Notes: a model not told the origin generated them from the letters alone. DNA of 64,000 nucleotides from Thermodesulfobacteriota bacterium (GCA_963422265.1 OY729416.1:1632001-1696000); one strand, 5' to 3'; counted from the first letter of the stretch, positions 44,741 through 54,498 are shown. Made by a program: numbers and translations.

Positions 44741-45352
44741 ATGGATATAAGAACTTTTGGATCTATTGCTCCTGTTGTCGCCGTCCTAGCTGCTATAGTC
44801 GCCGTTGGCGTTTGGATAGGCGGATTAGAGTATAAAGTAGAAACTATTGATGGAGACGTGCGGGAGCTAAAGTCTGATGTAGGTCAACTAAAGTCCGACG
44901 TGAGCCAACTAAAGTCTGATGTAGGTCAGCTAAAGTCCGATGTAAGTCAACTAAAGTCCGACGCGGTCGAACTAAAAGCATACGTAAATATAATTCTGTC
45001 TAACATTGGAGTGGGAACGACTACCTCTACGCATCCGGTCAAACTGTCAAAGGTAGGGAAAGAGATAGCTACAAACATAAATGCGGAAGGGATAGTAAAA
45101 ATGCGAATTGACGAATTGCGTCCTGAGTTTGTGTCTATCTCTAACAGTTATGACATTCAAGAGAAAGCTATGGAGTTAGGAGAGTCCATTTATAAAGGGC
45201 TCGGTGACGGTTCTAAAGATAAAGACATTATTAAGCAGGAAGCATTTAAGAACGGATTGCCAGTCTCCCAAATATATCCAGTCTTCTCTGTTTTGCTAAG
45301 AGACACCATATTAAAAGAGAAAGGTATCCCCCTGCAAATAAGCCCGGGATGA
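44741..45352 (+). CDS. Uncharacterised family A paralog 3
   Basis: TM, five 21-bp LKSDVxQ repeats (44867-44971), PVKLSKVG…NSYDIQEKAM…FSVLLRD. Confidence 0.8.
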   Translation: MDIRTFGSIAPVVAVLAAIVAVGVWIGGLEYKVETIDGDVRELKSDVGQLKSDVSQLKSDVGQLKSDVSQLKSDAVELKAYVNIILSNIGVGTTTSTHPVKLSKVGKEIATNINAEGIVKMRIDELRPEFVSISNSYDIQEKAMELGESIYKGLGDGSKDKDIIKQEAFKNGLPVSQIYPVFSVLLRDTILKEKGIPLQISPG

Positions 45353-45416
45353 CAATTTAGTGGGGGCGGCGGTAGAATAAGTATGAATCACCCCTCTGGA
45401 TAGCTTTTATCAGCAA

Positions 45417-46466
45417 TTAGGCTTCTCTCTCTCTTGCTTCATCAATGAAGTTAGGTATAACCCTTTTGCCGAATGTTTCTATACAGCTAGTGATAACCTC
45501 ATGACTTGCCTGGGGGAAAACCATGCGGCACGAAATATAGCTAATACCAAGTTTGTCTCTATAAGCTTCTATTTCTTTTATACAATCCTCTGGTGTTCCT
45601 ATAATAAAACGCTCTTCGGCGAGATGCTTAAAAAGAGGGTCGTCTAAATCCTTAAGCTGTTGTCCCCTTACAAACATTTTGACACCCAGCGTGAAGTAAT
45701 ATTTATACATGCTTATAATGTATTTATTCCCACCCTCTATCGCCTTTTGCTTATTATCCGCAACGAAGGTCTCTCTCAAAAGCACGTGTTCTATCTTGCC
45801 TGCGTCTCTTCCCGTTTTCTTTGCCTCGTCGTCATAGCAGGCGAGAGTATCCCTTGCCATGTCAACCGTTCTACCCGGACCTATTAGCAGTGGATAACCA
45901 TATCTTGCAGCCCGCCTGATTGCAGGCTCTTCAAACGCCCCGACGTATATTGGTATCGGGTTTTGCACAGGTGTAGGCGTAAGCTTTGCATTGTCAAAAC
46001 TATATCTTTTGCCTTTATAACTAAATGTTCTTCCACTAAGTGCTTTTTCAAGAACCTCTATTCCTTCGTTCATCCTTGAAGGTCTTTGGCTTATTGGAAT
46101 GCCCATACCTTCAAATTCTTCTTTCCTATAACCCAATACGACGCCGAGATCAAACCTGCCGTTTGAGATATTGTCCACAACCGTTGAGTCCTCCGCCACT
46201 TTCAAAGGATTATGCAACGGAAGTATAGTTCCCGAAGAACCGATCCTTATCCTGCTCGTGACAGCCGCCATAGCCGCAGCGACCACAGCGGGCGACGGAC
46301 AATAGCCATCATCTAAGAAATGATGCTCGGATATCCACGCCGAATGAAAACTCACCGCTTCCGCCGTCTTGACCTGCTCAAGCGTGTTTCTATAAATTGC
46401 AGGATGATCGTAAGGCAGTTGCTTGTGCGTCTGCATACCAAAAAGACCGACGCCGAATTTCATCAA
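45417..46466 (-). CDS. LLM-class flavin-dependent oxidoreductase
   Basis: WISEHHF, LPLHNPLKVAED, SNGRFDLG and IGTPEDC motifs. Confidence 0.9.
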   Translation of the reverse strand: MMKFGVGLFGMQTHKQLPYDHPAIYRNTLEQVKTAEAVSFHSAWISEHHFLDDGYCPSPAVVAAAMAAVTSRIRIGSSGTILPLHNPLKVAEDSTVVDNISNGRFDLGVVLGYRKEEFEGMGIPISQRPSRMNEGIEVLEKALSGRTFSYKGKRYSFDNAKLTPTPVQNPIPIYVGAFEEPAIRRAARYGYPLLIGPGRTVDMARDTLACYDDEAKKTGRDAGKIEHVLLRETFVADNKQKAIEGGNKYIISMYKYYFTLGVKMFVRGQQLKDLDDPLFKHLAEERFIIGTPEDCIKEIEAYRDKLGISYISCRMVFPQASHEVITSCIETFGKRVIPNFIDEAREREA

Positions 46467-46475
46467 AAGCTCCTC

Positions 46476-46889
46476 CTAATCTGACTGCTCAACGACCAAA
46501 CTCTCGGTAGGATTGTCGTCCATTGAGCATCTTCCACTATGCTTTCCACCATTTTCTACTATTAAGGAATTAGTAAAAATATCACCCACAATCATGCCGC
46601 TGCTTTTGAGCTCTGTCCTGTTTGAGTTAATCGTCCCATCTACTCTACCATAAATGACTGCCTCAAGAGCTTTTATTTCTCCTGTAATTTTGCCTTGTTC
46701 GCCTATAACAACGCTTTTATCACCCTCTATCTTTCCGTTTAGTTTGCCATCTACGCGTATTGACGAGGATGAGAAAATATCTCCCTCCAGCGAGCACTCC
46801 TCACCTATAATAGTGGTAATGTGATCAGACACCTTTCTACTGGCACTAGAACTGGAACTATTATTCCGCTTCTTTCTCTCTCCAAACAT
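46476..46889 (-). CDS. Bactofilin (polymer-forming cytoskeletal protein)
   Basis: TIIGE…RVDG…VIGEQG…G beta-helix pattern. Confidence 0.88.
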   Translation of the reverse strand: MFGERKKRNNSSSSSASRKVSDHITTIIGEECSLEGDIFSSSSIRVDGKLNGKIEGDKSVVIGEQGKITGEIKALEAVIYGRVDGTINSNRTELKSSGMIVGDIFTNSLIVENGGKHSGRCSMDDNPTESLVVEQSD

Positions 46890-46894
46890 AATAG

Positions 46895-47746
46895 TTACTT
46901 TAGTGAAAGGAATTTTGCAGGGTTTATCTTTTTGCCGTTTTTCCTGATCTCGTAATGTAGGTGTGATCCGGTTGACCTGCCCGATGAACCCGCCTTTCCT
47001 ATCGTTTGTCCCCCTTGTATTTTCTGATTCCTTTTAACAGTTATTTTCGATAAATGTCCATATAAAGTTTCAAAACCACCCTTGTGCCCAATCACAACCG
47101 TTCTGCCATAACCACCGTTCCAGCCCGTCTTTTTAACGACTCCGTCGGCGGTCGCTACAATCGGCGCGCCGTAGTTGGCGTCTATATCTATACCAGGGTG
47201 CATGCTGCGCCTCTTGTTGAAAGGGTCTATTCTATAGCCAAACCTAGAATTAACCCTTCCCTCTAAAGGGACGCCTACTGGAGTATTTTTGATAGTATAA
47301 AGCATACTGTCAATATCCCTGCCTAGGGAATCTAAATAGAGTTCATCTATCTTATCAGGAGAAATAAACTCTCCGCCGATGGACAGCTTTTTCTTAACTC
47401 CTTTTTTCTCTAGGGTTTCCTGCATGTCTAAAAGGGACTCCTCTATGCTCAAGAGTCTGGTTTTCAGCCTTTCTTCGGCCGCTTTAGCATTTTTTATGTC
47501 ATGACTCAGAAAACCTATAATGGAACTTAAGATCACATTATCCGACTTGGTTTGCAGTGCGGAAACCTGATGGTTTTCAAAGGTGTAATATAGCAAGTAG
47601 TTAATGCTTACGGATAGTAAAAGCAAAAACGCAAATGCCCCGGTTAGGGCAAAAAACGCTTTTAAGTGAATTGTCTTAAAGCTAAACGCCTTAACCGATT
47701 TGCCACCAGGACTCATCATAATAATAGAAAAACGATCATTAACCAT
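46895..47746 (-). CDS. M23 family metallopeptidase
   Basis: HPGID, YGHL and STGSHLHYE motifs; N-terminal TM. Confidence 0.92.
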   Translation of the reverse strand: MVNDRFSIIMMSPGGKSVKAFSFKTIHLKAFFALTGAFAFLLLLSVSINYLLYYTFENHQVSALQTKSDNVILSSIIGFLSHDIKNAKAAEERLKTRLLSIEESLLDMQETLEKKGVKKKLSIGGEFISPDKIDELYLDSLGRDIDSMLYTIKNTPVGVPLEGRVNSRFGYRIDPFNKRRSMHPGIDIDANYGAPIVATADGVVKKTGWNGGYGRTVVIGHKGGFETLYGHLSKITVKRNQKIQGGQTIGKAGSSGRSTGSHLHYEIRKNGKKINPAKFLSLK

Positions 47747-47894
47747 TAATTTCTCCTAATTTCTCCTTTTGATTTTCTCCAGCTGACGATGTAGCTACGC
47801 AAGTAATCTCTACCATTAAACAATCAATATTACATTTGTTCTAAATAAAGCTCAAGAGTTTATAGCAAGTTAGGATAAAGAGCAAGGGTTTTCT

Positions 47895-48210
47895 CCACAG
47901 ACAAGAAAATCTACCCTACCCCTCCCTTTACGAAAGGAGGGGAATATCCTTTCTAACCTCTGAGCCTACCGAAGGGAGAAGCGTAACCGAGAAATCTCAT
48001 CTTCTTCCCCTCTCCCTCTAGGAGAGGGTAGGGGTGAGGGCGCTGTCATTCCCGTCCCTGTGCGATTTTTCTATCCTCTATATTCGTCGTTCCCAGCTTG
48101 ACTGAGAATCCAGAAAGTGGATCGGGTAATGAGTCCCTTCCTTATTATATCCCTCTCTCCTCCCCCTATCTCCTTACTGGATTCCTACAGGGGACTGTCC
48201 CTACAGGAGT
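47895..48210 (+). repeat. Composite REP-like element
   Basis: CCCTCCCTTTACGAAAGGAGGG, CCCTCTCC…GGAGAGGG…GGGGTGAGGG, GTCGTTCCCAG…GAATCCAG. Confidence 0.8.
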
Positions 48211-48427
48211 CTAGCGTCTTTGAGTTTGTGGCAAGGCAGAGGTTTCAATACGAAACGAGCCAAAAATTAGAAAAACGAGGTGACTAAAAAACTCGCCAAA
48301 CAAAGCAATAGCGAGAAAAAATATACGCCATTTTCCCCCTGAGAACGAACCTATTCATTAGCTTGACAGAAGCCTAATTATGTAAGAAAATTAAGCTCCC
48401 GTAGTTAGGATGCTTTGATATTTCTAT

Positions 48428-48502
48428 GAGCGCGTAGCTCAGGGGGAGAGCGCTTGCTTGACACGCAAGAGGTCGCAGGTTCAAATCCTGTCGTGCTCAC
48501 CA
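48428..48502 (+). tRNA. tRNA-Val (GAC)
   Basis: Acceptor GAGCGCG/CGTGCTC, anticodon arm CTTGC-TTGACAC-GCAAG, TTCAAAT loop, CCA. Confidence 0.95.
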
Positions 48503-48567
48503 ACTGCTAATACCCTCAATTACATAGGCGCGGGACGCTCAAACGTCACAATAGCGGAAATGAATAT

Positions 48568-50502
48568 ATGGCGGAAGTAAATATATGGTTGCCCAAAGGG
48601 ATAGAAAGGACATTTTCCAAAGGCGTTACCGTAGGTGAGGTCTTGGACTGGGCAAGCGCCCGCAATGGCAGCGTGGGTGCTATGGTGAACGGCGAGCCAG
48701 TGGATTACTGGTTCGAAATAGAGGCGGATTCAGAGGTCTCCCCTATTAAAATGGGTTCGGAAGAGGGACTCATCTTCGTTAGGCACACCGCAGCTCACGT
48801 TATGGCTGAAGCCGTGCAAAGCATATTTCCCGAAGCGAAGGTTACTATCGGACCCGTAATTGAAAACGGCTTTTATTATGACTTTGACTTCCAACGTGGA
48901 TTTACTCTCGAAGATCTGGAGAGGATAGAGGAAAAGATGAGAGAAATCATCTCCGATGCAAAGCCCCTGATTCGCAGGAAAGTCTCAAGACAAGAAGCTA
49001 TAAACACCTTCGCGGAAGAAGGGGAGAACTATAAGGTCGAGATTGCCAAGAGCCTTCCCTCCGATGTGCCCATTACCACGTATGAGCAAGGCGAATGGCG
49101 TGACCTTTGTAAGGGTCCACACGCCCCGCACACCGGTTTCGTAAAATCTTTTAAGCTGCTCAGCTCGGCTGGGGCATATTGGAAGGGCAACGAGAATAAC
49201 CCTATGCTTCAAAGAATCTATGGAACCGCCTTCTGGAACAATAAGAATCTAAAAAAACACCTAACGCGGATAGAAGAGGCTAAAAAACGCGACCATAGAA
49301 AGCTTGGTAAAGAGCTTGATCTGTTCACCATACGTGACGAGATAGGGGCAGGTCTTGTGCTTTGGCACCCAAAAGGCTCAAGAATAAGAAGGGTAATTGA
49401 AGATTTTTGGCGCTTCCAGCACGATCGTTACGGATATGAGCTTTTATACACGCCTCACATAGCGAAAATAGACCTCTGGAAAACCAGCGGTCATCTGGAA
49501 TTCTACAAAGAAAATATGTATCCACAAATGGAGCTTGATAATGCCAAGTATCAGATCAAGCCTATGAATTGCCCCTTTCATATAATGATTTATAAGACCG
49601 ACACGAGAAGCTACAGAGACTTGCCCCTCAGATGGGCTGAAATAGGAACGGTATATCGCTACGAGCGTTCGGGTGTCCTGCACGGGCTGCTCAGGGTAAG
49701 AGGATTTTCTCAGGACGACGCTCATATTTTCTGTAAGCCCGATCAAATAGAGCAAGAGGTGCTCGGCGTTCTTGATCTCACCATCTTGTTTCTCAGGACC
49801 TTCGGTTTTGACGATTACGAGATTTACCTTTCTACCATTCCCGATAAGTTCGTTGGAGAGAAGGACGTTTGGGATAAGGCAACCAAGGCGCTCAAGAGCG
49901 CTCTAAACTCCAAAGGGCTAAGCTACGAAGTGGATGAGGGAGGAGGGGCTTTCTACGGACCCAAGATAGACCTAAAGATAAAAGACGTATTGGGCAGGGC
50001 TTGGCAATGCTCTACGGTTCAGGTAGATTTTAACCTACCCGATAGATTCGACTTAAGTTTTATAGGAGATGATAATAACCGTCACCGACCTATAATGATT
50101 CATCGCGCTATCTTTGGGTCTATGGAAAGGTTCTTCGGCGTGCTTATAGAGCATTACGGCGGGGCTTTTCCCCTGTGGCTAAGTCCCGTTCAGGTTCGCA
50201 TAGCCACAATAGCGGATGAGCAGAAAGAGTATGCGGAGAGCGTTTACCAAGCGTTAAAAAATGATAGTATTAGGGTAGAGAAAGATTTTAGAAATGAAAA
50301 ACTCGGATTTAAGGTAAGGGAGGCGCAGTTGCAAAAGATTCCTTATCTGCTAGTGATAGGTAAAAGTGAGGCGGACGCCCAAACGGTTGCCCCGAGAAAG
50401 CTCGGGGGTAAAAATCTTGCCCCGATGAAAATAGAGGAATTTCTGCTCCATATAGCCAGGGAGCGCTATCCTGAGAAGTGGAGGGAGGTAGAGGAAAGAT
50501 AG
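48568..50502 (+). CDS. thrS: Threonine--tRNA ligase
   Basis: RHTAAH, DLCKGPH, RDHRKLG, KPMNCP and FYGPKID motifs. Confidence 0.97.
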   Translation: MAEVNIWLPKGIERTFSKGVTVGEVLDWASARNGSVGAMVNGEPVDYWFEIEADSEVSPIKMGSEEGLIFVRHTAAHVMAEAVQSIFPEAKVTIGPVIENGFYYDFDFQRGFTLEDLERIEEKMREIISDAKPLIRRKVSRQEAINTFAEEGENYKVEIAKSLPSDVPITTYEQGEWRDLCKGPHAPHTGFVKSFKLLSSAGAYWKGNENNPMLQRIYGTAFWNNKNLKKHLTRIEEAKKRDHRKLGKELDLFTIRDEIGAGLVLWHPKGSRIRRVIEDFWRFQHDRYGYELLYTPHIAKIDLWKTSGHLEFYKENMYPQMELDNAKYQIKPMNCPFHIMIYKTDTRSYRDLPLRWAEIGTVYRYERSGVLHGLLRVRGFSQDDAHIFCKPDQIEQEVLGVLDLTILFLRTFGFDDYEIYLSTIPDKFVGEKDVWDKATKALKSALNSKGLSYEVDEGGGAFYGPKIDLKIKDVLGRAWQCSTVQVDFNLPDRFDLSFIGDDNNRHRPIMIHRAIFGSMERFFGVLIEHYGGAFPLWLSPVQVRIATIADEQKEYAESVYQALKNDSIRVEKDFRNEKLGFKVREAQLQKIPYLLVIGKSEADAQTVAPRKLGGKNLAPMKIEEFLLHIARERYPEKWREVEER

Positions 50503-51041
50503 CTAAGATCAAAGGAAGAAGTAGTAGAAGAAGAGAGCCTGAAGTAAGAATTAACAATAGAATTAGGGCGCAGGAAGTTCGAGTCGTTGACGAGTCTGGG
50601 GGCCAGCTTGGGGTACTTCCACTAAGAGAGGCGCTCAAAATATCTCAGGAACGGGAAACTGACCTCGTAGAGATAGCGCCAAACACCTCGCCACCCGTCT
50701 GTAGGCTGATGGATTATGGCAAATACAAGTATGACCTCAAAAAGCAGGCAAGCGCCAAAAAACAGAAAGTTCAGGTATTAAAGGAAATAAAGTTTCGTCC
50801 TAATATCGGAGATCACGATCTTGAGGTGAAAATAAATCGTATTAGAGAGTTCTTAGAAGACGACAACAAAACCAAAATCAGGATATTCTTTAGAGGCAGG
50901 GAAATCGTGCATAGTCAAATAGGACGATTGCTCGCAAATCGCATACTTGAAAGAGTGTCCGATTTAGGGGGCGTTGATATGCCTCCTAAGCTTGAAGGCA
51001 AGAACCTGACGATGGTTATATTGCCAAAGAAAGACTCTTAA
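50499..51041 (+). CDS. infC: Translation initiation factor IF-3, probable ATA start
   Basis: RINNRIR, PPVCRLMDYGKY and KEIKFRP motifs; GGAGGT SD then ATA overlapping the thrS stop. Confidence 0.92.
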   Translation: MAKIKGRSSRRREPEVRINNRIRAQEVRVVDESGGQLGVLPLREALKISQERETDLVEIAPNTSPPVCRLMDYGKYKYDLKKQASAKKQKVQVLKEIKFRPNIGDHDLEVKINRIREFLEDDNKTKIRIFFRGREIVHSQIGRLLANRILERVSDLGGVDMPPKLEGKNLTMVILPKKDS

Positions 51042-51054
51042 GGTAGGAAGGGAA

Positions 51055-51258
51055 ATGCCAAAGTTAAAGATGAAATCCAACAGGAGCGCCGCCAAGAGGT
51101 TTAGGGTTACCGCAAGCGGCAAGATTAAAAGAGCGCGAGGTGGCGGTAGTCACCTAAACATTAAAAAGAATCGCAAGCGCATGAGAAGGCTTAAATCCGC
51201 TGATTACGTATCGGGAGGCGAAGCCAAGAGGATAAAGTCCTATATCCTTAAAGGTTAA
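51055..51258 (+). CDS. rpmI: 50S ribosomal protein L35
   Basis: MPKLKMKSNRSAAKRF; lies between infC and rplT. Confidence 0.95.
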   Translation: MPKLKMKSNRSAAKRFRVTASGKIKRARGGGSHLNIKKNRKRMRRLKSADYVSGGEAKRIKSYILKG

Positions 51259-51278
51259 ACTGAGGAGGGTGAAGTCGA

Positions 51279-51632
51279 ATGAGGGTAAAAAAGAGCGTAG
51301 CCTCCAGGAAGAGAAGAAAGAGGCTATTAAAGCTAGCCAAGGGCTACTGGGGTAGCAGAAAAAATAGTATTAGAAGAGCGAAAGAAACAATAATTCGCGC
51401 CCTAGCATATTCTTACAGGGATAGACGTCAACGGAAAAGGGATTTTAGAAGGCTATGGATAGCAAGGATCAATGCAGCCGTCCGGCCTTACGGTTTCTCC
51501 TACAGTAAGTTCATGGGAGCCTTAAAAAAAGCAGGGGTGGAACTTGATAGAAAGACGCTCTCTGAAATGGCGATTAGAGAGCCTGAAACCTTCAAAGCCG
51601 TAGTGGGCGTTGCAAGGTCGGGTCTGAATTAA
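51279..51632 (+). CDS. rplT: 50S ribosomal protein L20
   Basis: AKGYWG and RDRRQRKRDFRRLWIARINAA motifs. Confidence 0.97.
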   Translation: MRVKKSVASRKRRKRLLKLAKGYWGSRKNSIRRAKETIIRALAYSYRDRRQRKRDFRRLWIARINAAVRPYGFSYSKFMGALKKAGVELDRKTLSEMAIREPETFKAVVGVARSGLN

Positions 51633-51992
51633 ACAGGTGGAAAGAAAATCATGTCCCCGAGTACGATAAAGGGAGAGGACGTTACCAATATCTACCTAAA
51701 GACGCTAGAATAGGTTAACAAGCAGTCCCAGCAATACGTGAAAGTTAGTGAGATTTATAAGCTACCTATACAGAAAGGGGGAAAGAAAATACAATATCAG
51801 CATCCTAGTCCCGAACGTCCCCTGACGGCTAATACAATTCGCATCAAGTAAAACGGAGTGCCCATGGCATCCTGGAGAGAACTTTTCTAAAGCTCAGAAC
51901 AAGTCAGAATGGCTTGATGAAAAACTGGAAAAGTGTTTACTTTATATCTCGGAGCGTCGCGATGAGGCTAAATGTATCTCTTTCTTACTACC

Positions 51993-52649
51993 TCACGCCG
52001 TATGTGGATCATAACGTAAGGGACATTCCTCGCAGTCCGGTGAGCTTTTTTTGCACTTCTCCTTCGCCACTCTTACCAGTAAAGCATGATACTCATTATA
52101 GGTTTGGACGTCCTTTGCGAGAGAGTCCATAAACAACTCCTGCATTTCACCATAGCTAGCGGACTCTGGGACAAGCCCGTGCCTGGATAGTATCCTGTAA
52201 GTATAGGAATCAATTACGAATATAGGTTTGTCTCCCGCATAAAGGAGTATGCTATCTGCAGTTTCTGGACCTATTCCGCTGACGCCTAGAAGCTCATTTC
52301 TAAGCTGGGCAAGATTGGTTTCAAACATCCTTTCAAGTTCTCCTCCGTAGTTTTGCGTCACAAAGCGGACAAAGTTTTTTAGCTTCTTTGCTTTTTGGTT
52401 GTAGTATCCCGATGAATGGATCAAGCTCGCTAGCTCATCTATAGTCAATAGATTCAGCTTTTCTAGCGAAAGAAGGCGGTTCTTCTTCAAATTGTTTAAG
52501 GCTTTTGCAGCATTGCTCCAAGACGTGCTCTGCGTCAATATTGCCCCGACCGCGCATTCAAGCGGAGAATCTCCAGGCCACCACCCCTGAGTACCGTAAC
52601 ACTTATAAAGCTCCTTATAAAATCTACGGATACGCTCGGATCTAGTCAT
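51993..52649 (-). CDS. Endonuclease III-related HhH-GPD protein
   Basis: QGWWP, GAILTQ, GIGPETADSILLY and a C-terminal Fe-S Cys cluster; start at MTRSE (52649). Confidence 0.88.
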   Translation of the reverse strand: MTRSERIRRFYKELYKCYGTQGWWPGDSPLECAVGAILTQSTSWSNAAKALNNLKKNRLLSLEKLNLLTIDELASLIHSSGYYNQKAKKLKNFVRFVTQNYGGELERMFETNLAQLRNELLGVSGIGPETADSILLYAGDKPIFVIDSYTYRILSRHGLVPESASYGEMQELFMDSLAKDVQTYNEYHALLVRVAKEKCKKSSPDCEECPLRYDPHTA

Positions 52650-52774
52650 AATTGTAAAATCCGAATATAAAGGACATCGGAATGGGAGATTAGATAACAC
52701 TATAAAGCAAGTAGTCGCCGCCTGCATAAGTCATTCTTTCCACCTTGCCCATCCCCGTAATATACCCTACTCGC

Positions 52775-54440
52775 CATTCCTGTCCTTTCCATCATTTCGT
52801 AGGGGCGACCCTTGTGGTTACCCAATTCTCGCGCCTTAGGGCGACCACAAGGATCGCCCCTATAGAACAAAGAACAAATCCACCCTGCCCCTCCTTTACA
52901 AAAGGAGGGGAATATCCTTTTCTAATCTCAGAGCTTGATAAGAGGCTTTTTCCTTTTTGCTAGACGTGCATGGACTACTCATTTTTTCTCCCCCTTTAGA
53001 CAAAGGGGGATATAGGGGGATTTGTTCTTTATCTTTTTAACTATGGCTCATCATTTAATCCCATAATCTCAAAAATCGCAGTTCAGACTTTCTTCTTCTG
53101 GGAGAGGGATACAGAGTGAGTGCGTTTTCGTCATTCCTGTTCCTTCCATCATTTCGTAGGGGTAACCCTAGTGGTTACCCTTGTCCTTAGATTTTTAGGG
53201 TGACCATCCTTCAAACAGGCGTAGGACATCACTAGGGTGATCATCCTACGGGTAAAGATAAAACCCACCCTAACCCTCCTTTACGAAAGGAGGGGAATAT
53301 CCTTTACTAATCTCAGAGCTTGACAAGAGGCTTTGCCCTTTTTGCTAGACGTGCATGGACTACTCATTGTTTTTCCCCCTTTAGACAAAGGGGGATATAG
53401 GGGGATTTGACGGGCGATGTCCTAAGTCTGCCGAAGGGCAAAATACAACCGATAAATTCTGTCTTCTCCCTCTCCTGCGTAAGCAGGAATCAAGAGGGAG
53501 GGATTTCTGTTCCTTCCATTATTTCGTAGTGGTAACCCTTGTGATTACCCAGTTCTTGCACCTTAGGGCGACCACAAGGGTCGCCGCCCCTACAGAACAA
53601 AGATAAAATCCACCCTAACCCTCCTTTACGAAAGGAGGGGAATATTCTTTACTAACCTCAGAGCTTGACAAGAGGCTTTGCCCTCTTTGCTAGACGTGCA
53701 TGGACTACTCATTGTTTTTCCCCCTTTAGACAAAGGGGGATATAGGGGGATTTGACGGGCGATGTTCTAAGTCTGCCGAAGGGCAAAATACAACCGATAA
53801 ATTCTGTCTTCTCCCTCTCCTGCGTAAGCAGGAATCCAGAGGGAGGGATTTCTGTTCCTTCCATCATTTCTTAGGGGTAGCCCTAGTGGTTACCCAATTC
53901 TTGTACCTTAGGGGCGACCACAAGGGTCCGCCCCTACAGAACAAAGAACAAATCCACCCTGACCCTCCTTTACAAAAGGAGGGGAATATCCTTTACTAAT
54001 CTCAGAGCTTGACAAGAGGCTTTTTCCTCTTTGCTAGACGTGCATGGACTACTCATTTTTTCTCCCCCTTTAGACAAAGGGGGATATAGGGGGATTTGTT
54101 CTTTAATCTTTTTAATCATGGCTCATCATTTAATCCCATAATCTCAAAAATCGCAGTTCAGACTTTCTTCTTCTGGGAGAGGGATACAGAGTGAGTGCGT
54201 TTTCGTCATTCCTGTCCTTTCCATCATTTCGTAGGGGCGACCCTAGTGGTTACCCTTGTCCTTAGATTTTTAGGGTGACCATCCTTCAAACAGGCTCAGG
54301 GCATCACTAGGGAGATCGTCCTACGGGTAAAGATAAAATCCACCCTAACCCTCCTTTACAAAAGGAGGGGAATATCCTTTACTAATCTCTGAACACCCCG
54401 AAGGGCGATGCGCAACCGAGGAGTTGGGGAACAGGAATCC
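52775..54440 (+). repeat. Tandem array of five composite palindromic units (345-370 bp)
   Basis: GTAG modules begin at 52799, 53156, 53526, 53871 and 54231. Confidence 0.93.
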
Positions 54441-54498
54441 CTTCCTTGCCTCTCTCTACTGTATTCATCTCCGCTTGATGTAAGGGACATGCGGCACG

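Noticed and set aside
25800-45400. Classical integron
   Set aside because: No tyrosine integrase and no RYYYAAC…GTTRRRY attC pattern after genes; genes lie on both strands
51651-51990. Possible decayed gene downstream of rplT
   Set aside because: Interrupted by stops and no family recognised with confidence
15665-52963. ORFs inside repeat blocks (e.g. 15665..16012, 20330..20584, 28118..28303, 33439..33790, 40584..40918, 43931..44674, 52745..52963)
   Set aside because: They are translations of palindromic repeats, in inconsistent frames between copies and without SD sites
52925-52975. TTGACA/TTGATA in the conserved repeat linker as a promoter
   Set aside because: No convincing -10 hexamer at 16-18-nt spacing
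52775-54440. CRISPR array
   Set aside because: Units are about 360 bp, the intervening segments are themselves repeated rather than unique spacers, and no cas genes are present
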